This document shows positions 1 to 14,292 of a stretch of 64,000 nucleotides of DNA, piece by piece. The first letter of the stretch is position 1. Each line of letters opens with the position of its first letter. The notes beneath the pieces were generated by a model. That model made no database searches. It saw only the letters and a program-made list of their open reading frames with translations, and was not told the DNA's origin. The stretch lies in NCBI GenBank assembly GCA_038087875.1, contig CM075992.1:7380001-7444000 (forward strand), written 5' to 3'. The position numbers and the translations under genes were made by a program. Origin of the DNA: Malacoraja senta. Its lineage: Eukaryota.

Positions 1-319
1 AAATCAAGGACAGAATTCAATTACAAAAGCACAAAAAGAAAATAAGAAACACAATTTGAGGAGAGAGCAGCGGCAGCCAAATCGCGCCAGCATCCACTCT
101 CCCCTCCGACCGCCATCTTGCACACAGACTAACAGGCACAGCAAACAAAATCATCCCCCCACAATGGTTACCACTGTGGGGGAAGGCACAATGTCCAGTC
201 CCCAACCCAGTTCTCCCCAGAGTCAGGCCCATCGAGGCCACCACAGTTGCCTCTACGGAGGCCCGATGTTCCTGGCCGTCGGGAGAGTCAAACCATGGCG
301 GGGCCTTCACAATGAATGA

Positions 320-1440
320 AACTGCTCTGGGAAGTGTTGATGTGCAAAGTGATCTAAGAGTGCAGGCACATAGTTCCTTGAGTGTGATGTCACAGGTAGA
401 TAGGGCCTTCGGTACATTGACTTCATCAGTCAGGGTATTGAGTATCAAAGTTGGGATAGACAAAAAATCCTGGAGAAACTCAGCGGGTGAGGCAGCATCT
501 ATGGAGAGAAGGAATTGCCGATGTCAAGTTCTTTCTTAAACATCAAAGTTGGGATGTTATGTTGCAGTTGTACAAGACATTGGGGCCACATTTAAGTATT
601 ATGTTCAGTGTTGCTCACCCTGCTGTCAGAAGGATGTTGTTAAGCTGGAAAGAGCACAGATAAGATTTTTAAGGATGTTTCCTGGACTTGCGAGCCTAAG
701 CTGTAGGAAATTAAGAGTAAATGGTAAGCCATTTAGAAAGGAGATGAGTACCCCCCCTGCTTTGAAAAATGGCTCAATGAAATGATAATAATCATACAGA
801 TGGAAAGGATACACTTCCACAACTCCAAGGTACCCAACAACTTTTGAAGTGTTTGGGGACCATTTATCATCCATCTCAAAGACCAATAATTTCATATTTT
901 CTGCAGCGATGTAGTCCTGTGCTCTTTACTTTTGCAATGCCTGACTGTGTAGCACCATGTGGATTACACCAATAGTGTTATGTCTGGCGGATTTTTCTGT
1001 TGTCTTTCTTCTCTTTCTTTTCTTTCTCTTTTTTGTTTTGTATAGTAAAAGCAAAATAATAAAAAAATATATAACGAAAAAAAAGAAAGGAGATGAGGAA
1101 AAACGTTTTCACCCAGAGAGTTGTGAGTGTGTGGAATTCTCTGCCGCAGTGGAGGCTGTTTCTCTGGATGCTTTCAAGAGAGAGTTAGACAGAGGTCTTC
1201 AAGATAGTGTAGTTAAGGGATATGGAGAGAAGGCTGGAACGGGGTACTAATTGTGGATGATCAGCCATGATCACATTGAATGGCGGTGCTGGCTTGAAGG
1301 GCCGAATGGCCTACTCCTGCACCTATTGTCTATTGTCTATCGTCTATTGAAATAGGTAGGGTAAATGCACAGAATGTTTTACCCAGCATTGGGGAATCAA
1401 AGACCAAGAGATAGAGGTTCAAGATGAGAGGGGAAAGATT
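320..1440 (+). mobile_element. Cluster of CR1/HER1-type LINE fragments
   Basis: Degenerate RT C-terminal motifs and the 3' UTR GAAGGGCCGAATGGCCTACTCC with (CTATTGT)n tail. Confidence 0.75.
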
Positions 1441-1753
1441 TAATAGGGTCCTGTGCAATAACTTTTTCACACAGAGGGTGGTAGATATATGAAATGAGCT
1501 GCCAGAGGAGATACCTCCTACAGCAGCTCGTTCCATACACCGACCACGCTTTCTATACACCGACCACCCCTCAGGTTCTTATTAAATCTCCCCCCCCCTC
1601 CGCTCACCTTAAACCTATGTCCTCTGGTTCTCGATTTCCCTACTCTGGGCAAGAGGCTCTGTGCGTTTACCCGATCTATTCCTCTCATGATTTTGTACAC
1701 GTCCACAAGATCACCCCTCACAATTCAATGTGAAACGTCTGCTTCCATTTCAG

Positions 1754-1828
1754 TTACACAGATGTTCAAAGAATTAAGGAACTCCGACACTGCAATCAAA
1801 ATGGAACTTTCCCGCTTGGGGAGTAATG
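1754..1828 (+). CDS. Coiled-coil neck micro-exon 1 of a putative type II C-type lectin-like gene (xTQMFKELRNSDTAIKMELSRLGSN)
   Basis: Acceptor ttccatttcag|, donor |gtgagt; 75 nt, phase 1-1, open frame; similar to seven other micro-exons downstream. Confidence 0.8.
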
Positions 1829-4800
1829 GTGAGTGTGGGCAACGTTCAGTGTTTCTGGCAGTTCCCAATCCTCTGTGTATCGCTCCAGATTCCGACATCC
1901 TGGAATGGTTCTTTCTTTCACACCACAGGAGGCTTTAAAGACTGTGGCAAGACTCCAGCCTTGCAGAGTAATTTCTACATTTAAAAGTCGAAGCAATTGG
2001 CTTATTGCCCGCAGGAGCTCAGACCGAAGAGAATGTTCACGAAACAAAGAGAAAATACAGTCATCAGATATGAAGATAGACACAAAATGCTGGAGTAACT
2101 CAGCGGGACAGGCAGCATCTCTGGAGAGAAGGAATGGGTGACTTTGGGTCGAGACCCTTCTTCAGACTAGAGTCAGGAGAAAGAGAAATGAGAGGTATAG
2201 GTGGTGATGTAGAGAGAGAGATAGAACAAATGAATGAAAGATATGCAAAAAAGTAACGATGATAAAGGAAACAGGCCATTGTTAGCTGTTTGATGTCCCA
2301 CTGAGTTACTCCAGCATTTTGTGTCTACCTTCGGTTTAAACCAGCCACAGCAGTTCCTTCCTACACACGAGTCAACAAATAGATTGTATTAGGTGATGTT
2401 TCGGGTCGAAACCCTACTTCAGACCCGAAACGTCACCCATTCGGGTCTCAACCCAAAACTTCACCTATTCCTTTGCTCCATATATGCTGCCTGACCGGCT
2501 GAGTTACTCCAGCATTTTTTGCCTATCTCCAGTGTAAACCGGCATCTGCAGTTCCTTCCTACACAAATGCATTGTATATATTGACCATAATGTGCAAACC
2601 AATGAGTTGTGTATGGGGTGGGATGTACCATCCACCAGCTGTCTGCTGAATAGCAAGTTATAACAACTTCTCCCAATAAAGGCAGGGTAATTTTTCTAGA
2701 GATATTCAGTGTGGGGACCCAACTACAGATGAATCAATCTCAGGCACCAAGATTGTTTAGTTTTAGTTTAATTTAACGATACAGTGCAGGAACAGGCCCT
2801 TCGGCCCACCTATCCCGCACCGACCAGCAATCACTGCACACTAAGTCTTTCCTACACTTACCAGGGACAATTTACAATTTAACCAAGCCAATTAGCCTAC
2901 ATACCTGTTTGTCTTTGAAGTGTGGGAGGAAACCGGAGCACCTGGAGAGAACCCATGCAGGTCACGGGGAGAACGTACAAACTCCATACAGACAGCACCT
3001 GGATCGAACCTGGGTCTCTGGCGCTGTAAGGCAGCAACTCTACCACTGCATCACCATGCTGATTCTGTGATCCCCAAGCCTGATTAAAGGGGGAGTTCTA
3101 CTATTGCCTCCACTCTGTGAGGCATAAATGCTGTGGGATAGTGCAGCTTGCAGACTGCTTTATAACGGTGCCATTGATGGGGACTTGAGGTCATAGCAGG
3201 CTGCCACGGCAGCAACTGTGAAGTCAAGTGAATGTTGAACAATCATCAGTGACTCTCCGTGAATAATTAGATCAAAAGAAATAGAAAGGTGGACTGGTCC
3301 AATGGCTATATATAACTTGCCCAGCGCTGTGTAAACAACTGGTCAAGGTTCAAACCATTACAATAAATTCACAGCAGAACAACAGTGAATAACAACCCTT
3401 ACACAGCAGATTAACTCAGCAATGTGGTACAAATAGAAGATAGACACAAAATGCTGGGGTAACTCAGCGGGACAGGCAGCAGCTCTGGAGAGAAGGAAAG
3501 GCTGATGTTTTGGGTCGAGACCCTTCTTCAGACTCAACCCGAAACGTCACCCATTCCGTTTCTCCAGAGATGCTGCCTGTCCCGCTAAGTTACTCCAGCA
3601 TTTTGTGTCTATGTTCGGTGTAAACCAGCATCTGCAGTTCCTTCACACACACAATGTGGCACAAATTCCTGGCTTAGATCCATTGAGTGTTCAATGGTGA
3701 GGAGGGAGATCTTAACAGTCCACACAGGTGTTAAATGGACCACACTACACCAGCCCCAGGTGTATACGATACGATAAAAAAAATATTCATCCCCAGAGGG
3801 AAATTGGTTTGCCAAGTCACAACATACAACAAGGTACACAAAAAGAGAAGAAGAAAGAAAGAATGTAAGAGGGAAAGAAAAAAAAAGAAGAAAAAAAAGT
3901 GGAGTTCATATATCAAGGGTCACAATATAATATACAATACATATATACACTCCACTTTGTTTTCTTCTTTTTTTTGTAGGTTAATTGGCTTGATAAATGT
4001 AAAAATTGTCCAGTATAAAATTGTCCAACTTCTAGTATAGTCCCTGGTGGACTCTTCGGAAGGTACAAGTACAAGGTACAAAGTGCAAGGGTCACAGCTG
4101 CTGGCATTGTGGTCTGAACTAGGCCAAGTGGAATGGCAAACTGCAGAGGTTGAATATAAATTCTGAAGGAGGGACTGGGAAATTGAACAAAGGAGAAAAG
4201 CGCAGCTAAAGTCTGGTCCAATGTCTGTGTTGTGAGTTGACATGTGAAACTATGCTGCAGAACAGGCCCTAAACCCATAGTCACTGCAAGGGTTCGGTAC
4301 GGTGGCGCAGCAGGAGAGATGCTGCCTTAAATCGCCAGCAGGAGAGATGCTGCCTTACATCGAACCCGGGTTCGATCCTGACTACGGGGACTGTCTAAAC
4401 GCAGTTTGCACATTCTCCCCTTGACCTGTGTGGGTTTTTTTCCGGAATCTCCGGTTTCCTCCCACACTCCAAAGAAGTCCAGGTTTGTACGTTCATTGGC
4501 TGGGTTTCATTGGAAATTGTCCCCGGTATGTGTGGGATAGTGTTAGTGTGCGGGGATCGCTGGTCGGCGCGGTGTCTGTGGGCCGAAGGGCGGACTTACC
4601 ATCATGGAGCCTGGGATCTTTTGCCGAGGATCGCCAGTGTTGGAGCTCTGACCGCGGGGCCTGTGGACTTTAACACCGTGAAGCAGCGGTCTCCAGTAAG
4701 AAGCGGCCGACTCGGGAGCTCCATGCCGCGGGGTGTTCCAATCCATCCCCATGCCGGAGTTTCGATCATCCCGACGAGAGGGCTTGAACAGCGGACCGTT

Positions 4801-5086
4801 GGCAACGGCCCCGTTCAAAGGCCCCGAGCACGGGTGAACAAACTGAACTTTATTGCCTTCCATCAAGTGAGGAATGTTGATTACACTGTGGTGGATGTTT
4901 ATGTTAAACTTTATTTCATGTGCTGTGTGTATTTTTTATTTTTTGCATTTTTCTCAGTATGGCTGTATTGTAACTCTAATATTCACTGTACCTTAATTTT
5001 TACATGTGACAATTAAATTGAATCTTGAATCTTGCATCCTGAGCCGATGATCACAGATGCCGACACTAACACGCTTCTTTTGTCAG

Positions 5087-5158
5087 TGACGGGAATGTCA
5101 GAGGGGATGAAAGGATCACTCGCTGAGCTCAAGGGTGAACTCTCCCAGCTGCAGAACA
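5087..5158 (+). CDS. Neck micro-exon 2 (VTGMSEGMKGSLAELKGELSQLQN)
   Basis: cttcttttgtcag| ... |gtgagt; 72 nt, phase 1-1; heptad-like ELKxELSQL motif. Confidence 0.8.
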
Positions 5159-6251
5159 GTGAGTATCAAATGCCAATTTGACAGGCTTCACGTCTCTCTG
5201 CTCACCCCCAAGAACCTTCCCCTGGCTTGGGATTCTGAGGCCAAGGCTGAGAGAATCTGTGGCGTGGTGGTGGCACCAGAGGCCCCGGTTCAATCACGAC
5301 TACGGGTGCTGGCTGTACATGGTTTGTATGTTCACCCTGTGCCCGCGCGGGTTTTCTCCGGGTGCTCTGGTTTCCTCCCACACTGCAAAGATGTGCGGGT
5401 TTGTAGGTTAATTGGTTTCTGTAAGAATTGTAAATTGTCCCTAGTGTGTGTTGGATAGTGTTAGTGTACGGGGTGATTGTTGGCTGGTGTGCCTGTTGCC
5501 TGTTCAGGCAATGGACAATAGACAATAGGTGCAGTAGGAGGCCATTCGGCCCTTCGAGCCAGCACCGCCATTCAATGTGATCATGGTTGATCATCCCCAA
5601 TCAGTACCCTGTTCCTGCCTTCTCCCCATATCTCCTGACTCCACTATCTTTAAGAGCCCTATCTAGCTCTCTCTTGAAAGTATCCAGACAACCAGCCTCC
5701 ACCACCCTCTGAGGCAGAGAATTCCACAGACAACTCTCTGTGAAAAAGTGTTTCCTCATATCCGTTCCAAATGACTTACCACTTATTCGCTGTATATCTA
5801 AGGTCTAAAGTCTAGCTTAAAGAATATTTTAATCAACTCAAACAGGTAATGACTGGGATTAAGATGGTTGGAATGGGATAATGGATCACACAAATTAGTT
5901 TTGTTATAGCTTGTGTGAGGTAAGGGAGGTGTTTGATTAATTGATTGAATGATACAGTTGGACACAGGCCCCTCAGCCCATCAAGTCCATGCCAACCATC
6001 GGTCATCCATGCAGCACTGAGACAATACCTGTCTAGACCCTTCCAGCTTTACGAAACGATACAATACGATAGCTTCCAAGAGAGAGCTAGATAGGGTTCT
6101 TAAAAATTATGGAGTCAGGGGATATGGGGAGAAGACAGGAACGGGGTACTGATTGGGGATGATCAGCCATGATCACATTGAATGGCGGTGCTGGCTCGAA
6201 GGGCCAAATGGCCTGCTCCTGCACCTATTGTCTATTGTCTATTGTCTATTG

Positions 6252-6592
6252 ATATAATACGATATAAATGTATTTATCCCAGGAGAGAAATTAATCTGCC
6301 AACAGTCATAAAACGCAACAAGATACAGGAAACATGAAATAAAAATGATGAGTGGAAAGTCCAGGATTGGGGATGTGCAAAGATCGGGGAGGGGGGTGGG
6401 GGGGTGGGGGCGAGAGTCAGTCTAACACACGACAGAAGGGGGAGGAGTTGTACAGTTTGATAGCCACAGGGAAGAAGGATCTCCTGTGGCATTCTGTGCT
6501 GCATCTTGGTGGAACCAGTCTGTTGCTGAAGGTGCTCCTCAGGTTGACCAGTGTGTCATGGAGGGGGTGAGCTGTATTGTCCATGATGCTCC
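6252..6592 (-). mobile_element. Rex1/Babar-type LINE 3' end
   Basis: SIMDNTAHPLH...RRSFFPVAIKLYN on the minus strand; similar remnants at about 10110-10250, 25200-25710, 29240-29400 and 31860-32190. Confidence 0.7.
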
Positions 6593-9520
6593 ATTTAAAT
6601 GAGCCATATGAGAACAAAACTTAGCCTTAGGGTGATTTTATTCGCCAATATCAGGTGCTGAGTCAAATTACTTTACAATATAACCAGCAGCAGATTGTAA
6701 AATCATTTATCTCTTGAGGCTGTTGCAATAACAGTCAATGGCTGGAATTTCCATGGTGTGTTCCCAAGCTGCCATTGAGATTAACAACTGATCTCAGAAC
6801 TCCTGCCAAAACTGTGAGACTCCAAAGGGATTATGTGGGAGTGAAATGTCCACCCTTGTTGGTGAAGCCAGAGGAACCAGATGGAGTGCAAAGGTTGCCT
6901 TTATTCAATTTACACAGTGGAAAATCCTGAACTCAAATGTTACATTCCTGATCGGTTCTCCATGAATGGGGTCTATTGCTGGAACCCAGTAACATTCTCT
7001 TGTTTAGTTTAAAGGTAGTTGAGGCCAGTTCATTGGCTATATTTAAGAGGGAGTTAGATGTGGCCCTTGTGGCTAAAGGGATCAGGGGGTATGGAGAGAA
7101 GGCTGGTACAGGATACTGAGTTGGATGATCAGCCATGATCATATTGAATGGCGGTGCAGGCTCGAAGGGCCGAATGGCCTACTCCTGCACCTATTTTCTA
7201 TGTTTCTACGTAAAGCATGGTTGACTCAGCTCAGTGGTGGGCTGTGGACAGCGAAAGGAGAGACCACTCTGCTCCAGCGACCCAAGTTCGATCCTGACTT
7301 CTGGTCTTGTCTTTTTTCACACTCTCTCTGTGACCAGCTGGGTTTCACCCGGATGCTCCGGTTTCCTCCTGTAATTGGGCAGCACTCTGACGCAGTGGTA
7401 GAGTTGCTGCCTTACAGCACCAGACACCATGATCCTGACCATGGGTGCTGTCTGTTCGGAGTTAGTGCCTGTGGCCATGTGGGCTTTCTCCCGCTGCTCC
7501 GGTTTCCTCCAAATTACTGGTTTGTAGGTTAATTGGCTTTGGTGAAAATTGTAAATTGTCTCTAATGTGTGGGATAGAACTAGCGTATGGGTGATTGTGG
7601 TGGGCCCAGACTCGATGGGCCGAAGGACCTGTTTCCATACTGTATCTTTAAACTAAACTAAACATAAATTAGCTCTTTTAGCTGACACCTAGCGTAGGTG
7701 AAGAATTAATACAATACAATACAATACAATACAATACAATACAATATAATAATACTTTATTAACCAAGTATGTTTTGCAACATACGAGGAATTAAAGGGA
7801 AGCTTATGGGCCTGTGAGAACTATAGCAGCTTATAACAGCAGCTCCACATCTGTCATGAGTCTGAGGAAGGGTCCAGACCCAAAACATCACCTATCCATA
7901 TTCTTCAGGGATGCTCCCTGGCCCGCTGAGTTACTCCAGGACTTCATGTCTTTTTCTTAGCGATGAATCAAATATACTCTACAAACTTCACAACTCCAGT
8001 GCTTCGGAGCTCCCGCCATCAGCCGTTGTATTTCACGTCTAAAGAAACTTCCCTCTGGCTCTGTATATTCTTGCTCACCCAGCTCTGATTCATTGTGACC
8101 ATCTTATGTTATGGGCAGTAATCTGGTGCAGCTGGTAGAGCCACTGCCTCACACCTCCAGTGACCCTTGCTCAGTCTTTGACCTCCATTGCTGTCTGTGC
8201 GGAGTTTGCCCATTCACCCTGTGCCCGCCTGGGTGCTCCAGCTTTCTCCCACATCCCAAAGGCACTCGGATCAGAAGATTAATCAGCTGCTATAGATTGC
8301 CACTGGTATGTAGGTGTATGGTAAAATCTCAGAGGAGATGGCGGGAATTATGGAAGAATATAATGGGCCAGGGTGAGAATAATGTAAGTAGGTGTCTGCT
8401 GGTTGGTGTGGATTCATTGGGTGGACGGGCTTGTTTCTGCGCTGTATCTCTCTCAATGACCCGAATCAATCCAATATGCATTTGGATCCCACTGACTTTT
8501 ACCTTTCACCTAATCCTGGCCCTTCTTTGACCCAGTGACCCGTAATCTTTACAACAGGAGTATGTTTATATGATGTTACCCCTCCACTGAGCTACAAGGA
8601 TGTGCTTTGTGGAAGGGTGTCACAAGGCTGTTCGCAACCGACCACCGATGCTGTGAGTGAAGTACATCTGATCACCAGCACTGCATTCACAGGCTATGTG
8701 AATCCCTGGCCTGGACAATAACACAACTTGTCCATACTGCAAAGTTATCCATGATGGTGGCACAGCCGTCCTACAGCGCCAGAGACCCCGGGTTCAATTC
8801 TGACTACGGGCGCCGTCTGTACAGAGTTCGTACGTTCTCCCCGTGACCCGCGTGGGTTTTCTCCGAGATTTTTGATTTCCTCCCACACTACAAAGACGAA
8901 CAGGTTTGTCGGTTAACTGGCTTGGTATAAGTGTAAAAATTGTCCCTGGCGTGTGTTGGGTGGTGTTGGTGTGTGGGGATCGCTGGACGGCGCGGACTCG
9001 GTGGGCCAAAGGGCCTGTTTCCGCGCTGTATCTCGAAACTAAACTAAACTAAATTTTGAAACTGGTACAGCGCATAGTAGTTGCGGATGAGTTGTATTGT
9101 TGCCAACTCTGCTCGAGCATTGATCCCTCACCATGTAGGTCTGTGTGATTTCCTGCTCCCTGAGTAAACGGGGAGAGCGGAGCAAGGTCAGGGCTAGGAA
9201 TGTTAGTCCCACAGGAATACAGTTGCTGAAAGACAAGGAGAGAAGAGAGCAGGCACTTGAAATGAACAGAGAGCACTAAGTAGCTCAAGCAACATCTGTC
9301 GAAGCAGAACACTGCAAGTCTTTGCAGAGCTGGGGGAGAGGGAAAACAAGTTAGTTAAAACTTCTGGAGAGTTGAACAACTTATTCAACTCCATTCACTG
9401 TTGCTCAGGAAACTGTACAGGATTGCAATTGGGCTGCCCACAGCATACAGATACAGGATAAAGGAAAGATTGACACAAAGAGCTGGAGTAACTCACTCTC
9501 TCTCCTCACACAGTCTGTAA

Positions 9521-9840
9521 ATGCCCTGTCCCACGGTACGAGTTCTTTCCAAGAGTTCTCCCGAGTTTGCCCTGATTCAAACTCGGAGATTTACGGTAAT
9601 GGCCACTCGTCGGTACTCGGGGCTCTCGTGGACATTTTTCATCATGTTGAAAAATCTTCACGAGTCTTCCCGTGCTTACCTGCCGTTAGTGAGTCTTCCC
9701 GAGTACCTGCCGTTAGCGCTAAGAGACGTCCCCGAGCTTCGACGTACCCGCTACGTTCATTCTCCGTGCTTACCACGTGTTTGATTTTTTTAAAACTCGG
9801 GAGAGCTCTTGGAATGAACTCGTACCGTGGGACAGGGCTT
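9521..9840. mobile_element. PIF/Harbinger-type MITE
   Basis: TIR (A/T)GCCCTGTCCCACGGTACGAGTTC...GAACTCGTACCGTGGGACAGGGCTT; TAA TSD on both sides. Confidence 0.85.
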
Positions 9841-10671
9841 TAAACCTCAGCTCATCCAAAGCTCAGCACCACAGCCTGACAACCAACTGCCTTTCACCCA
9901 TCTCCACTAGCTCCAAAGGACACACACAGTGCTGGAGTAACTCAGTGGGTCAGGCAGCATCTCTGGAGAGAAAGAAGCGGTGACGTTGCGGGTCGGGACC
10001 CTTCTTCCGACGGGAGAAAGGGAGGCTTCCCACCATTGACGCCATCTACATGTCACATTGCCTTGTACACTGTGGACAGCCCAATTGCAATCCCGTACAT
10101 TGCCTCGGAAAAGCACTTCAGTCATTCCTTCTTCTCCCTGCTCCCGTCGAGCTATATGTACAGAAGCTTGAAAGCGCGCACCACCAGACTCAAGAACAGC
10201 TTCTTCCCCTCTGTTAGCAGGCTTCTGCATGGTCCTTCCATAAGCCAGGGTATTGTCCGATACACCTCCTCTTTCTGAAGGGACCATCCCCTTCGCAATT
10301 CCTGAGTCCGCGCTTCCATCCCGACCAAGCATGCCCCATCTTATGGCTCTCTCCATGTCTATTCATCTCTTCCCTTCCCTCCATCCAGGGAAGCAGAGAT
10401 TCCCTTGTACCTCTTGCAAAACTCTGCTCCGGCATTCAGTGTTCACAAAGTGTTTGCACACACTAGGAACATTTTATAATTTTTACCAAAGCCAATTAAC
10501 CCCCAAAGTTAGTTGGAGTGTGGTAGGAAACTGGAGCACCCGGAGAAAACCCAAGCAGTTACAGGGAGAATGTACAAACTCCACACAGACAGCACCCGTA
10601 GTCAGGATTGAACCCGGGTCCCTGGTGCTGTAAGGCAGCAACTCTATCGCTGCGCCACCGTGCCTCCCATC

Positions 10672-10842
10672 TAAACTAAACCAAACCGAACCGAACCAAG
10701 CCGAGCCGAGCCAAACCAAACTAAGCTGAACCAAACTGAACCAAACTGAACCAAACTGAACCAAACCAAACCGAACCAAACCGAACCAAACTGAACCAAA
10801 CCGAACCAAGCTAAACAAAGCTAAACCAAACTAAACTAAACT
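10672..10842. repeat. Pentanucleotide microsatellite (AAACT/AAACC/GAACC)n
   Basis: About 34 imperfect 5-mers, related to the SINE tail motif. Confidence 0.9.
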
Positions 10843-12373
10843 ACACCTACTCCACGGCTCCTCACGAGGCAGCTCCTGGTTTAAGGAACGATTGGGAAGT
10901 TTTGAAAGTTCCGTAATGGGAACACACAGCAGTTCTGGGGCCCTACCAGGGATTCTTGTGTTGCGCATACGTTACTGAGGCTACAGGGGGGCCTCTGGGT
11001 ATGGAAACTCCCACAGCACCGCCTAGTCAGGCAGTTTGACTGCCAGCAGTCAGGAGCTCTGACATGGGCCAGACCCTCTTGCCGACTTGCCGCCCAAGCG
11101 AGGCTTCTCTCTACATGCTGGTCCCAGAAACAGACCTGCAATCACTCATCACAATCGCTCCACTCTTTTAATCCTCTACTCCAACAACAGCATTTAGAGA
11201 ACTTTACCTTGCACTAAACATTTTTCCCTTTACCCTGCATCTGTACAATGTGTACAGCTCGATTGTAATCCTGTATTATAGTTTAGTTTAGTTTAGTTTA
11301 GAGCTATTGTCTTTCTGCTGACTGGATAACACGCAACAAAAAGCTTTTCACTGTGCCTCGCTACAATGCAGTGCGGAAATAGGACCTTCGACCCATCGAT
11401 TCCGCACCAAGCAGCAATCTCCGCACACTAACACTATCCTACACACACTAGGGGCAATTTACATTTATACCAAGCCAATTAACCGACAAACCTGTACGTC
11501 TTTGGAGTGTGGGAGGAAACCGGAGATCTCCGAGAAAACTGACTCAGGTTAGGGGGAGAACGTACAAACTCCGTACAGACAGCACCCGTAGCCAGATCAA
11601 ACCCGTGTCTCTGGCGCTGTAAGGCAGCATCTCTACCGCTGTGCCACCATGCCACCCACAAAGTGCTATACTGCCGCCAACAATATAGTGTCACACAGCG
11701 TAATAACAATACAGTTACAGAGAAAATGTAGCTTAAAACAGTGCCCTGCAGATGCTGAATGTATATGCTGCCGTGCCTTCCCATACCCCTGTCATCACTG
11801 CTGCCTCCGGACAGAAGATCTTGGACACAAACATACCTGCTACTGTAACCAGCTCCTGCTCCTGCTCCCACTATCTCATTGCTGCGACGACCATCCCAGC
11901 CATATGCAACATGGAAACAGGCCCTTCGGCCCACCGAGTTCGCGCCAACCAGAAATCACCCCATACACTAACACTATCCTACACACTCGGGACAATTCAC
12001 AATTTTTACCGAAGCCAATGAACCTTAAGACAGCAACTCTACCACTGCATCACTGTGCCATCATAAGGCCCGAAGGCAGAAGGAAATTTATACACAGCAA
12101 ATTCCCTCAAGCAGGGCTGCACAGTGGTAGAGTTGCAGCCATACAGTGCCAGAAACCTGGGTTCGATCCTAACTATGGGTTGCGTCTGTATCAAGTTTGT
12201 AGATTGTCCCTAGTGTGTGTCGAATAGAGTAAGTATGCGGGGGTTGCTGGTTGGCATGCACACGGTAGGCCAAAGAGCCTGTATCTCGAAAATTAGAACT
12301 GAAACTTAAACTTAAGCAGAGTTATCGACTACATAAACTGTTCTTGCCTGATGATGTTGGTTATTAATTTTAG

Positions 12374-12448
12374 TTTCGCAGATCCTCAGTGAAATAAACC
12401 ACTCTCAAACCGGACTGAGGATGCAGCTCTCACAGATGAAGGAGAATT
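12374..12448 (+). CDS. Neck micro-exon 3 (ISQILSEINHSQTGLRMQLSQMKEN)
   Basis: ttaattttag| ... |gtaagt; 75 nt, phase 1-1; lies in copy A of a local duplication. Confidence 0.75.
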
Positions 12449-13298
12449 GTAAGTCACGACCACAGCTCTCAAAATATTTTCAAAATGTCCGTGTTGTACA
12501 TCATTACAAGATTTGGGCCCGGCGTGGTGGGGGGGCCGCCATCGGGGGAGGGGGGGGGAGAACAAAGGAGGGCCTGGCACGGGATACTTTGTAACTTAAG
12601 GGCCAGTCCCACTTGGGCCAATTACGCGACAGGCCGGTATTGACGGTCGCGCGACGGTCCCGCGAGAGTCGTGCGCGTCATCATGCGCCCGCACAGCAAT
12701 CTGGAGCACGTGACGTCATTTGAAGATGGACACAAAATGCAGGAGTAACTCAGCGGGACCGGCAGCATCTATGGAGAAAAGGAATGGATGATGTTTCGGG
12801 TCGAGACTTCTTCAGCCTGAAAGAAGGGTCTTGACCCGAAACGTCACCCATTCCTTCTCAAACCGGATTATGGGGAGAAGGCCGGAGAATGGGGTTGTGA
12901 GGGAAAAGTAGATCAGTCATGATCGAATGGCGGAGTAGACTCGATGGGCCGAATGGCCTAATTCTGCTGCCGAGAATGAAGAGGTACCTGATGTGGGGGG
13001 GCCATCGGGAACAAAGAGGGACCACTGGGGACTACATTGAACACTGTGTAACTTATGTCGGTGCCCTTTACCTAGTGACTCTTTGCATACCTTGTGTATG
13101 GTACGCAAAACAAAGAATTCCACTGTGACATGTCACATGTGATAATAAAGTATCAATCGATCAATCAACTGTCCACCCGCATCGAAGTTAAGGAATTGTC
13201 TGGTTGCAAATATTAACTTGTGGTTATAGTTGATTGATGGTAATGATGGGAACATTTCCGTCGGAATAAGCGCTAATAACTTCATATTTGTGTTTCAG

Positions 13299-13370
13299 TC
13301 ACTGAAATGGTCAGCGAGATGAGTTCACAGTCTGAGCTCAAGGTGGAATGCTGTCTGGATCCAGTAAATG
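13299..13370 (+). CDS. Neck micro-exon 4 (FTEMVSEMSSQSELKVECCLDPVN)
   Basis: tttgtgtttcag| ... |gtgagt; 72 nt, phase 1-1; matches the repeat consensus at its start and terminal Asn. Confidence 0.75.
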
Positions 13371-14292
13371 GTGAGTTGGTGTCCAACGGCATGGAAACAG
13401 GCCCTTCGGCCCACCTTCTTTATGCCGACCAACATGCCCCATCTACATTCCCCATCCCACCGGCCCCTGTTGGGCCCATATCTCTCTAAACATTTCTTAT
13501 CCATGTACTTATCCAAAAATCTCTTTTATATACTCCCATACATAATATCTGCCTCAACCACCACCTCTGACAGCTCGTTCCATACACCCACCACCCTCTG
13601 TATGAACAGTTGCCCCTCAGGTTCCCATTAAGTCTTTCCCCTCTCTTCTTAAACCAAAGTCCTGTGATTCTTGATTCCACTACTGTGTTTTGTGTTACCC
13701 TTCCCTGGTGCCTGTTATCTCATTGCTGCCACGACCATCCCAGCCATATGCAACATGGAAACAGGCCCTTCGGCCCACCGAGTTCGCGCCAACCAGAAAT
13801 CACCCCATACACTAACACTATCCTACACACTCGGGACAATTCACAATTTTTACTGAAGCCAATGAACCTTAAGACAGCAACTCTACCACTGCATCATTGT
13901 GCCATCATAAGGCCCGAAGGCAGAAGGAAATTTATACACAGCAAATTCCCTCAAGCAGGGCTGCACAGTGGTAGAGTTGCAGCCATACAGTGCCAGAAAC
14001 CTGGGTTCGATCCTAACTATGGGTTGCGTCTGTATCAAGTTTTACGTTCTCCCCGTGACCGTAGGTTTTCTCTGGGAGCTCCGGTATCCTCCACATTCCA
14101 AATACATACAGGTTTGTAGGTTAATTGGCTTCTGTAAAATTGTAGATTGTCCCTAGTGTGTGTCGAATAGTGTAAGTATGCGGGGGTTGCTGGTTGGCAC
14201 GCACTCGGTAGGCCAAAGAGCCTGTTTCCGCGCTGTATCTCGAAAATTAGAACTGAAACTTAAACTAAAGCAGAGTTATCGACTACATAAAC

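Noticed and set aside
156..182. Near-perfect palindrome CCCCCACAATGGTTACCACTGTGGGGG
   Set aside because: Isolated short hairpin in probable repeat-derived sequence at the window edge; no supportable function.
8558..8652. Possible extra exon (acaacag ... gtgagt)
   Set aside because: 95 nt, would shift the frame, and has no similarity to the neck repeat.
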